DNA of 32,000 bases from Staphylothermus hellenicus DSM 12710 (GCF_000092465.1 NC_014205.1:660001-692000), one strand, 5' to 3'. Shown: positions 19,000-27,900, counted from the stretch's first letter. The notes: generated from the letters alone by a model not told the origin. A program made the numbers and translations.

Positions 19000-19422
19000 T
19001 TGCCGAAAATAATTAAGAATATCGATAAGATTATTCATCATCTTCGATTAGCACTTGGGAAGATGGAAGTTGCTAGGAATGCTTATAAAAAACATAAACA
19101 AACCCGTGGGCTTGACATGTTAACTATTGTATCTGCACTACACGGTATCCCGATCAACCACGCTATTCTGGCCGAGATATATATTTCGTCTTCTAATAAA
19201 GAAATTGATAAATCAATTAAGCTCTTATCAAAACTTGAAAAGAATCTTCTAAAGAATAATCAAGCACTACATGCTCGGTATAGAAAGGATTTGTTGGAAT
19301 TAATGAATCTTATGCAGCTAGCTAGAAATACTTCATCTATAGAGGAAAAATATGAGATCATATCGCGAACTATAAGTGAGTTATCAGAATTTAGAAATGC
19401 CTTGGAAAAATATAATATCTAG
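19000..19422 (+). CDS. hypothetical small protein with alpha-helix-type composition
   Basis: 140 aa, K/E/L-rich. TTG start with GGTGG 8 nt upstream, 15 nt after the previous stop. Contains R26-N-A-Y-K-K-H32, which fits the loose HEPN Rx4-6H pattern; this is only a weak hint. Confidence 0.5.
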   Translation: MPKIIKNIDKIIHHLRLALGKMEVARNAYKKHKQTRGLDMLTIVSALHGIPINHAILAEIYISSSNKEIDKSIKLLSKLEKNLLKNNQALHARYRKDLLELMNLMQLARNTSSIEEKYEIISRTISELSEFRNALEKYNI

Positions 19423-19445
19423 ACAGTCATGGTTAAGGAAGAAGT

Positions 19446-20615
19446 TTATGTAGTGTCTTTTTTCTTAACAAAATCCTCTATTCGATTTAGTGCTTCATTT
19501 AGTTTCTCATATTTTACCGCATAACTTATACGTATGTATTGATCATATTCCTTACCAAAGGCTATGCCGGGCACAACAGCAACTTTTGCTTCCCTTAATA
19601 ATTTCTCGCTAAACTCCATACTTTTAAAGCCTATATTTTTAATGCTTGGAAAAATATAGAAGGCTCCTTTAGGCTTAACTACCGGTAACCCTATTTCATT
19701 TATTCTTCTCCACACAAGATCCCTTCTACGCTGGTATTCTCGACGCATATACTCTACTGCATCCCAGCTTCTTTTATCTCTTAATGCTTTAGCAACTGCG
19801 TATTGAATAAATGTTACAGGACATGTTACTGTATACATATGTAGTTTAACCATTTTCTCAATAACCCAGCTAGGTGCTACAGCGAACCCTATTCTCCAAC
19901 CAGTCATAGCAAACGTTTTTGAGAACCCATTAACTGTTATTGTTCTCTCAAATAATCCATTTAGTGATGCTATACTGACATGTTTAACCCCATCATATAC
20001 AATATACTCGTATACTTCGTCACTTATGATCATTAAGTCGTGCTCTACTGCGAAATCAGCTATTTCCTCTAAATCCTTCCTTGTATACACTGTTCCCGTA
20101 GGATTATTTGGTGTATTAATTATTATTGCTCTAGTCTTTTCCGATACATACTTATTGAGATCCTCGATTCTAGGCTTGAATTCTTCCTCCTCCCTCGTCG
20201 GAACCATTACTGGTTTTCCACCTGCCAATATAACGGCTGGAGCATAGGATACAAAAGCTGGTTCTGGTATTAGAACTTCTTCTCCTTCACGTAGAAACGT
20301 TGCTAAACCCATAAATATAGGCATATTAGCTCCCACAGTTATAATGATCTCCTTTTCAGGATCTGCATCGATATTATTGTCTCTCCGAAGCTTCTCAGCA
20401 ATTGCTTCACGAAGCATGTATAAACCAATGTTTGGACCATAATGCGTGTATCCCTTATCCAGCCCCTCCTTAGCATACTCTTTAATATGTTGTGGTGTAT
20501 CAAAGTCCGGCTCGCCTATACCTAAAGATATAATGTCTTTCATTGAAGAAGCAAGATCGAAGAATCTCCTGATCAGAGATGGAGGAATGCTATCTAGCTT
20601 CTCCGACAAAGCCAT
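19446..20615 (-). CDS. class I PLP-dependent aminotransferase (aspartate aminotransferase-like)
   Basis: NNPTGTVY, SDEVY and FSKTFAMTGWRIGF (PLP lysine), with RISY near the C-terminus. Start taken at MALSEKLDSIPPSLIRRF; the ORF track begins 4 codons earlier at 20627. Confidence 0.9.
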   Translation of the reverse strand: MALSEKLDSIPPSLIRRFFDLASSMKDIISLGIGEPDFDTPQHIKEYAKEGLDKGYTHYGPNIGLYMLREAIAEKLRRDNNIDADPEKEIIITVGANMPIFMGLATFLREGEEVLIPEPAFVSYAPAVILAGGKPVMVPTREEEEFKPRIEDLNKYVSEKTRAIIINTPNNPTGTVYTRKDLEEIADFAVEHDLMIISDEVYEYIVYDGVKHVSIASLNGLFERTITVNGFSKTFAMTGWRIGFAVAPSWVIEKMVKLHMYTVTCPVTFIQYAVAKALRDKRSWDAVEYMRREYQRRRDLVWRRINEIGLPVVKPKGAFYIFPSIKNIGFKSMEFSEKLLREAKVAVVPGIAFGKEYDQYIRISYAVKYEKLNEALNRIEDFVKKKDTT

Positions 20616-20837
20616 ATAGAACACCATATGAATTCTACAATAATTTCTTAATATGCCATAACAATAATAAAATTACCACAGCACTGTTCTCGAAGATAAG
20701 GTTAAATAGTTAGAAGACACAAGCCACTATTCCTTTATATATTTTTCCCTAAACAAACATCTCCTCGTGTAATAGTCGACTCTTATCTCTGTTTTTGAAG
20801 ATAGGCTTATAGTGAAAGTCAGGGTTGAGTGTTATAT

Positions 20838-21596
20838 ATGAGCGAGTTTAGAATAGTATATAAGAGGAAGAAAACATATCGGAAAGCATTAATTTATTTT
20901 CCCATAGTATTAGTTGTCTCAGCTATTTTATTAACTATTATGACAATGTTTGAATATGCAATTTATTTGATCCCATTAGCGGCTGTTCCAATAATTGGTT
21001 TGGGAATTAAAGAATTAAAGATCAGTATAAGAAAGGAGAGAATAAGGAAAATAATGGAGAGAGTTAGGAAAACTATAGAATTAATTAATCACAGCTATAT
21101 TGTATTGAACAAGTCTGTAAAGTATTCTCTCGGATACATAGTTGTAGAGGAGAAAAGCACAGGAGCGAACAGAGACAACCATAGAAGTGTTTATAGAGAA
21201 TTTGAAGCAATAAAAACGGGTGAGTCTAATAAGATACCTCTAAATATTAACTTTTTAAGTAAATACACTATCATGGTTGACGAACTGGGCAATGGCTATG
21301 TTAAGTTACCGGCAATTCTTTTCCAAGACAAAACTATATCTAACGGTCTATTAGTTCTCATTCCGAATAATACCTTGTTTAAATCTTTTGAAAACACCTT
21401 CAAGTTTAAGCTTGTTTCCGGCGATGAAATATATTTGTATACAAAGATTAACCGTGATGTTTTAAATGGTAAACTAATATATACTACAAGACATAAAAGC
21501 TTAGCAGCAAAACTGATCCTTACAGGAACAATTGAGAATACAAAACTATTTAATAAGTTAACCGTGAAAAAAAAACCATATACAATGCCACCGTAA
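20838..21596 (+). CDS. hypothetical membrane protein (two N-terminal TM helices); annotated stop probably not the original C-terminus
   Basis: TM segments ALIYFPIVLVVSAILLTIMTMF and AIYLIPLAAVPIIGLGI, followed by a soluble region with no motif I recognise. Ends ...KLTVKKKPYTMPP* immediately after an A9 run. Confidence 0.6.
   Translation: MSEFRIVYKRKKTYRKALIYFPIVLVVSAILLTIMTMFEYAIYLIPLAAVPIIGLGIKELKISIRKERIRKIMERVRKTIELINHSYIVLNKSVKYSLGYIVVEEKSTGANRDNHRSVYREFEAIKTGESNKIPLNINFLSKYTIMVDELGNGYVKLPAILFQDKTISNGLLVLIPNNTLFKSFENTFKFKLVSGDEIYLYTKINRDVLNGKLIYTTRHKSLAAKLILTGTIENTKLFNKLTVKKKPYTMPP
21567..21575 (+). other. A9 homopolymer (slippery A_AAA_AAA context) 7 codons before the stop of the 20838-21596 ORF
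   Basis: Read directly: gtg aaa aaa aaa cca tat aca atg cca ccg taa. Confidence 0.9.
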
Positions 21597-21847
21597 CCGG
21601 CACACATAATCTTGTCATAGGACTCAATATTTCAGAGCCCTTAGCAATAATATCGCATCTAGAAGAAATAACACTTCACGACATAGTATGTCCGATCAGT
21701 AGGTATGATAGGAACTATAACGGATCAATTATTTATGGTTTTACACAGGGAAAATATAAGTTAAGATTAGAGCTAAGCTTACCCTTCGAACCCAATAAGA
21801 GCGTAGAAGAAACAATAGATCTTGATAGATTGATTTTTAGTTCATAA
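21576..21847 (+). other. continuation of the upstream ORF in the -1 frame (about 90 stop-free codons with no internal start)
   Basis: The -1 frame from the A-run reads (KK)TIYNATVTGTHNLVIGLNISEPLAIISHLEEITLHDIVCPISRYDRNYNGSIIYGFTQGKYKLRLELSLPFEPNKSVEETIDLDRLIFSS*, with stop TAA at 21845-21847. There is no ATG/GTG/TTG near its 5' end, so it cannot be an independent gene. Confidence 0.55.
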
Positions 21848-21918
21848 TTTAATTTCATAACTTTTTTATTTTTCTTCCACCAAATATTTTTGGCTTGAGG
21901 TGATTTTATGCAGCGCCA

Positions 21919-22227
21919 ATGGTAGATGAATATATTAGGTCTCTTCAAACACCTGATCTTCTACCTAGTAATTGGTACAATATCTTGCCTGATCTACCAG
22001 AGCCCATTCCTCCAATGAAGCTTGGAACAGGTGAAGTAGTAAGGCCTGAAATGTTAGAAAAATTATTTACTCGTACAGCTGTTAAGCAAGAGTTTAGCAT
22101 GGAGAGATACATAAGTATACCCAGCGATCTCCGAGAAACATATCTAGAAATAGGCAGGCCAACACCACTGCCCAGAGCAAAGCGTTTAGAAGAATACTTG
22201 AATACTCCTGCTAAAATCTATTATTAA
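21919..22227 (+). CDS. trpB2: TrpB2 (tryptophan synthase beta-like) N-terminal segment, as translated up to the TAA
   Basis: MVDEYIRSLQTPDLLPSNWYNILPDLPEPIPPMK...YLEIGRPTPLPRAKRLEEYLNTPAKIYY*. Homology continues past the stop as YEGVT (22228-22242). Confidence 0.85.
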   Translation: MVDEYIRSLQTPDLLPSNWYNILPDLPEPIPPMKLGTGEVVRPEMLEKLFTRTAVKQEFSMERYISIPSDLRETYLEIGRPTPLPRAKRLEEYLNTPAKIYY

Positions 22228-22246
22228 TACGAGGGAGTAACCGTTT

Positions 22247-22296
22247 GTCCCTACCGTGTCATTCTGTATATTTTTGTTTGTGTCCACGGTAGGGAC
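22247..22296. repeat. perfect 12-bp inverted repeat (hairpin with a 26-nt AT-rich loop)
   Basis: GTCCCTACCGTG (22247-22258) pairs with CACGGTAGGGAC (22285-22296). Confidence 0.95.
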
Positions 22297-22305
22297 TTCC
22301 ACCTC

Positions 22306-22335
22306 CCCCATAGTCTTCGAGAAAAGACTATGGGG
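22306..22335. repeat. perfect 12-bp inverted repeat (hairpin with a 6-nt loop)
   Basis: CCCCATAGTCTT (22306-22317), loop cgagaa, then AAGACTATGGGG (22324-22335). Confidence 0.95.
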
Positions 22336-22477
22336 TCATGGGCGGCTGTCGAGGCCAACGGCACGGGCCTCCCATCTACAGCAAGCCCCATGGGTCTCGG
22401 AGCATAGCTCCCATCAACCCACAGGGACATAGATCAATACAAGAAAACATAATCTGAAATATTTAAAGCTTACTACC

Positions 22478-23455
22478 CCTACTGGTAGCCATAAAATCAA
22501 TACTGCACTAGCCCAAGCATATTATGCTTTTAGAGAAGGGATCACTAGATTAACCACTGGGACCGGTGCGGGGCAATGGGGCTCAGCACTGAGTCTTGCA
22601 GGATCAATGTTTGGATTAAAAATAACTGTATACATGGTTAGAATAAGCTATTTACAGAAACCATACCGTAAAACCGTTATGGAGCTATATGGTGCAGAAA
22701 TATATCCTAGCCCCAGTGAAAAAACCGAGATAGGTAGAAAACTACTCTTAGAAAACCCTGATCATCCTGGAAGCTTAGGTATAGCAATAAGCGAAGCAAT
22801 ATGGGATGCAATGAATAGTGTAAACACAAAGTACTCCCTAGGATCAGTCCTGAACCATGTCCTACTACACCAGACAATAATTGGGTTGGAAGCAAAGAAG
22901 CAACTTGAAGAAATAGGTGTTTACCCCGATATGGTTATAGGATGCGTTGGTGGAGGAAGCAATTTTGCAGGAATAACATATCCGTTCATAAGGGATAGAT
23001 TGAAAAACTCCAGCAATACCAAGTTCGTAGCTGTAGAGCCAGAAGCTGCTCCGTCAATGACGAGGGGAGAATATCGTTACGACTATGGAGACTCGGCAGG
23101 CTTAACTCCTCTAATCAAAATGTATACTCTCGGATACAAATATATACCGCCACCCATACATGCTGGAGGGCTAAGATACCATGGATTAGCACCGTCGCTA
23201 AGCATATTGGTGAAGCATGGAATAGTCGAACCTAGAGCATATCCGCAGAAACAAGTATTTGAAGCAGGCAGAGTATTTGCTAGAATAGAAGGAATAATCC
23301 CCGCACCCGAATCAGCACATGCAGTAAAAGCCGTTATTGATGAAGCAATAAAAGCCCGTAGAGAAAACAAGGAAAAAATAATATTGTTCAATCTAAGCGG
23401 GCATGGATTGCTAGATTTGAAAGGATACCGTGATTTCTTAGACGGAAAAATATGA
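22478..23455 (+). CDS. trpB2: TrpB2 C-terminal segment (carries the PLP-lysine motif); first ATG only at 22607
   Basis: [65 protein letters not shown]...[11 protein letters not shown]...GGLRYHG...PAPESAHA...[11 protein letters not shown]. The frame is open from 22433, but no start codon precedes the catalytic-Lys motif. Confidence 0.85.
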   Translation, partial: PTGSHKINTALAQAYYAFREGITRLTTGTGAGQWGSALSLAGSMFGLKITVYMVRISYLQKPYRKTVMELYGAEIYPSPSEKTEIGRKLLLENPDHPGSLGIAISEAIWDAMNSVNTKYSLGSVLNHVLLHQTIIGLEAKKQLEEIGVYPDMVIGCVGGGSNFAGITYPFIRDRLKNSSNTKFVAVEPEAAPSMTRGEYRYDYGDSAGLTPLIKMYTLGYKYIPPPIHAGGLRYHGLAPSLSILVKHGIVEPRAYPQKQVFEAGRVFARIEGIIPAPESAHAVKAVIDEAIKARRENKEKIILFNLSGHGLLDLKGYRDFLDGKI

Positions 23456-23741
23456 TTGTAACCAGACTAATTCATTATAGAGCTGGTTTTTCCTAGTTTG
23501 CCTATCTACACATAATGTCAATAAACAATGTTAATGTCTTTTAATTCTATTAGTTTAGAAATAATTTAGAAAAAATATTAACCCGTATATTGTTACTAGT
23601 TTGGAGATGCATTGATGATTAAAGGATATTTGGCGAATGAGTTTGTTGAAACCTATGTCTTTATATGTATTTATAGAACCATACGTTTTATATACCATCC
23701 TACAATCTATACATGTAATGAGTAATAATTGGTAGTTTAAA

Positions 23742-24860
23742 ATGACTTTAGTTAATACAATTCAAATATTCCGGGAAGCAATAGGCTTGAATGATGCCGT
23801 TGCTAAGAGAGTATTCGAGACCAGAGATATTGTTAAACGGTTAACCGTCATTTCTAAAAAGCATATATCAATATCAAAGATTCCAAGTGAAGAAGCAACT
23901 GCAGTCTTCAATCCTGGAATAGCTATATTTAACAATTATGTATACTTGTATCCCAGAGTTATTCTAGGATATTTTCTTTACGTATCTGCTATAGCAGAGG
24001 TAAAGATACCAATTGTTGATGTTTTGGAGAACGATGTTGAAGGCAAAAAATACAAGGCTAAAATAGTAATAGTCCCCGATAATAGGTACGATATATGGGG
24101 CACCGAGGATCCACGAATATATGTTTTAGATGATAAGTTAGCGATGACATATACAGGTAGAACAAAATATTATTTTGATAACGGAATAAAAACTAATAAA
24201 ACATTCCCGATAACAGCCTTTAGAGAAGCCTTACCGAACAAAGAAGGAGACAATAAATACTGGCATAAGAAATACATCCATGTCCCCATAGAACATGTTA
24301 GAAATAGATTAATAAGTGATAAAGACGCTTTCATGTATCGTTTAAGAACAGGTAATGAACTATACCTGTTTCATAGACCCCACTTTATAGAAAATTCATT
24401 TTATACATTGATTAGTAAGATCAAATTCACGGATAAAAAAGTAAATGGTATCAAGGAAACAATATACAACAATGGTATTGTAGTCTTTAAGGCTTCAAGT
24501 TTTGAAAAGAAGATTGGCTGGTCTACACCACCTATACAGTTGAATGATCGTGAATTAATCGTTTTCCTGCATGGAGTAGACAATGATATCGAAACATATC
24601 GATTATTTGCTGCTCATATAGAGTTTGATAAAGAAGATATTATTGTAAAAGCTGTAACTCCTACATATATTATGGCTCCTAAAGAAGACTATGAAAAATT
24701 CGGTGATAGACCACAGACTATTTTCCCTTGTGGAATATGGCCTCTTAATAGAGAAGAATACTTGATAAGCTATGGTGCCGGCGACTACTTCTCAGGAATA
24801 GGTATGATAAACATAAATGATTTATTAGGAGAGCTTGATAAGGGAAGAATCTATGAATAA
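23742..24860 (+). CDS. GH130-like (PH1107-related / DUF377) glycosidase or phosphorylase family protein
   Basis: AVFNPGIAIF, IWGTEDPRIYVLDDKLAMTYTG, GWSTPPI, FLHGV, FPCG and SYGAGDY follow the five-bladed-propeller GH130 pattern. Confidence 0.8.
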   Translation: MTLVNTIQIFREAIGLNDAVAKRVFETRDIVKRLTVISKKHISISKIPSEEATAVFNPGIAIFNNYVYLYPRVILGYFLYVSAIAEVKIPIVDVLENDVEGKKYKAKIVIVPDNRYDIWGTEDPRIYVLDDKLAMTYTGRTKYYFDNGIKTNKTFPITAFREALPNKEGDNKYWHKKYIHVPIEHVRNRLISDKDAFMYRLRTGNELYLFHRPHFIENSFYTLISKIKFTDKKVNGIKETIYNNGIVVFKASSFEKKIGWSTPPIQLNDRELIVFLHGVDNDIETYRLFAAHIEFDKEDIIVKAVTPTYIMAPKEDYEKFGDRPQTIFPCGIWPLNREEYLISYGAGDYFSGIGMININDLLGELDKGRIYE

Positions 24861-24950
24861 ATAGAATCCTTATAGACTGTAACTTCTCCTATAAAACATA
24901 TTGCCTAATTACTTGATTAAATAATATTGTTATAATTTAACGAATATATT

Positions 24951-27900
24951 ATGGTGACAGTGTTTTTGCGTATAAAAACTAAAGTAGTATTGGAAAAGCT
25001 GGGATATAATTATTTGTATAGGGTAGAAAAAGGAAGTGAGCCTGAATATTCAAATGTAAAGTTTTCAGATATTGTTCCAGAGTTTTCTAGTCATCGAATA
25101 GGAGGTTTCAAGCTTTATAAACACCAATATATGGGATATCAAGCACTGGCTCTTGGAAAAAACTTGATTATAAGGTCTGGAACTGGTAGTGGCAAGACTG
25201 AGGTTTGGATTCTTCACGCTATGAATATGGTTAAGAAGAATGAGAAGACACATGTCCTCGTATTATATCCTACACTTGCATTAGCAAATGATCAAATAAA
25301 ACGGATAAGAGATTATTTAAGCCTAATAAACAATGAGCCTCTCCAACTTGATAGTGTTCGTAGAGCAGAGCTTGAAACGAGTATTGGGAAGAGAGGCTTG
25401 AGAGACCTTATAGGAAAAACCAACATTGTAATATCTAATCCAGCATTTATACTACACGATGTTAAGAAACTATTATTACATCCTACTCGTTCCCTCCTCT
25501 ATAGCTTCTATAAACGCTTAGATATGATTGTTGTTGATGAAATAGATTTTTATGGTCCCCGGAGTCTTGCATTACTACTTGCACTACTCAAAATATTATC
25601 AGAGTATAGTGATGTAAAACCTCAAATCGCTGTTTTAACTGCTACTTTATCTAATCCCGAAGATTTAGGTATGTATTTAAGAGATATAACGGGGCGAGAA
25701 TACGAGGTTGTAGAGGGTAAACCGTTTAATGTAGATAATTATCAATATATTATTCTAGGCAAAAACCTCGAGAACATTTGGAAAATTCTTGTAAATAATA
25801 AAGAACATGTTGAGAACATAGAGGATCCTATTATAAGAAATGAATTACTTAAAGCTATTGATTCATATAAATATTTTGCTGGAAACATACATAGAATAAT
25901 TTCTATTGCTCAATCACAAGGAATAGATCTTCCATCTCCAAGCGTTGATTATGGAGAAATAATAAATGAGTATCTTGAAGACGATCATGTTACACTAGTA
26001 TTCACTTATAGTATTTCTATGGCGGAAGAAGTTGTTAGAACTGTTAAGCATAGGTATGGGGAGGATAAACCTATAGCTTCCCATCACCACCTAGTACCTA
26101 AGAAGAAGAGAGAGGAGATAGAGGAAAGGGCCCGTAAAGGATTAATAAAAGTAATAGTTTCTCCTAGAACATTGTCTCAAGGAATAGATATAGGCACAAT
26201 TGCTAGAATAGTACATTTAGGATTACCAAGCGATGTACGCGAGTATTATCAGAGAGAAGGACGTAAGGGTAGAAGGAAAGAATTAGGCTTTGCAGAAACA
26301 GTTATCATACCTTTTTCTAGATGGGACAAAGAACTATTATCCCGGGGATTCAAGGTATTCGAGAAATGGCTTGGACTAGGTATTGAGAAAACACTTGTTA
26401 ATCCAGATAATCTCTACATCTATTTATTCACAGGTTTAGCAAAGCTATTATCTCCTTGGTATAGAGAAAAACTTAATGAACTAGAGAAAAAAGCTCTTAG
26501 GAAAACAGGTGTTCTCACGGAAAAAAGAGTTAATGAAAAACTTATGAAATGGATCTTTGAAAGAATTAATTTCTACGAATTTGCACCTCCATATGGGATT
26601 AAAAGATACCTGGTTAAAGGCGACAAGCTAATCCCACTAGAACCTATTGGACACTGTGATTTAGTCGAGAAGTTCCAGCCTGGAAACATTGATTACTCTG
26701 AGGAAGCAATCATTACACATTTAGATACTGGGAAGACTGCACGTTATGTGCGAGCAGTTTATGAGAAACCGGTACGTGAAATAAACTTTTACAGTGAGGA
26801 CGCTTTTGCGGTAGCGTTAGAGGAGTATAGATATATTAAGATGAATTGGGGAGAGAAACCAAGTATTCTAAGAGACATATTAGCTGGTAGGCTAACATCT
26901 GAAGAACTCTGTGTGGTCTATACACCTTGGAACGGTTTTGGGAAGTATAGGAAAATACCTGATAGGTGCGTATGGAAACTTAGATCGGAGAAGCCCAAGG
27001 TCCTGGTTCGCGGAGATAAAGCTATCGTATACTATGATCGTAGACAAATATATGTTCCAAAACCGACAGCCGGAGAATATAGAGACTATACATATGGTTA
27101 CTTATACAGCGTTGATCCTGGAGAAAACAGTGATCTGCTAAGACTAGGTTTAGCAATGCTCATGATCCTGTTGAGGAGAATATATGGTATAGCTTTTGAA
27201 ACAATAATGTATGATGTCATAAAACTGGGGGAATACAAGTATTTCAGCCTCCACGAACCAGAAGCTGCTGGGATAATTGATAAGATTAACTGGTTAGATG
27301 TTAGGAGAAAAATTGAAGACTACAAGTTTGACGACTTAGACATTATCCTATTATCAGAAATAGATGATATATCTTATTCGATTCTGATAACATATGAGTT
27401 TGACTGGGAAATAATTAGGCAACAAATGCTGCGTATTATAGATTATATATTAGCGAGAGACAGGATCAAGGTATTACTTGGTGGAAAAGAAATAGCAGTG
27501 CCTAAGCCCAGTCCAGCATTGAAACTATTAGCATTGTCGTTAATGGTTGAAGTAGTAGGCGAAGAAACAGAATTGCCGCGAATACTTGTAGCAATAAATG
27601 CTTATGATGGGGAAAAACATTATCCGGCAATCGCTCTATATCCGCCCATACCCTATATTAAACCTCCCAATGAAATACTTGAGGTTGAGAAAAGACTTTT
27701 AGAAAAGATCATGTATGAGGACTACAAGATCATTATACCTAACAAGGAGAAAACATTATACCAGCTGAAAACTGCTAATATGAGGCAACTAGCATTAATT
27801 ATTGAAAATATGCCGGAGAAAACAATTGATATAACACAAATGATCCAAACAATAAATCTTAGAAATATTTCTTTCCAAGAACTAGCAAATCAGTATACTG

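Larger units (their letters stand above)
22243..22477 (+). other. 235-nt non-coding insert with a GC-rich, hairpin-dense core; candidate intron, ncRNA or miniature mobile insert
   Basis: By hand count, 88 of 146 nt (60%) are G+C in 22285-22430, against about 27-42% in the flanks I counted. There are two perfect 12-bp stems plus a 6-bp stem (GAGGCC 22351-56 / GGCCTC 22366-71). Boundaries are set by where TrpB2 homology stops and resumes. Confidence 0.7.
21919..23455 (+). pseudogene. trpB2: interrupted trpB2 locus (intron-containing gene or recent pseudogene)
   Basis: The two TrpB2-homologous segments lie in different frames, separated by a 235-nt non-coding insert. An in-frame TAA sits at 22225-22227. 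See the fragment features and findings. Confidence 0.6.

Noticed and set aside
21733-21948. 71-aa minus-strand ORF between the membrane-protein gene and trpB2
   Set aside because: It overlaps the -1-frame continuation of the upstream gene and the trpB2 start, is K/W/N-rich, and has no motif or SD.
22247-22300. RNase P RNA-like strings on the minus strand of the trpB2 insert (GGAAGUCC resembling CR-I, ACAGAA resembling CR-V)
   Set aside because: The two strings are simply the two arms and loop of one local hairpin about 16-26 nt apart. In RNase P RNA, CR-I and CR-V are separated by most of the molecule, and no other conserved regions are present.
22225-22480. Canonical 3-4-3 bulge-helix-bulge motif at the trpB2 insert junctions
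   Set aside because: I could not draw one with symmetric cut positions that also restores the frame. Only a relaxed helix with a single bulged A is supported, so the intron idea stays a hypothesis.
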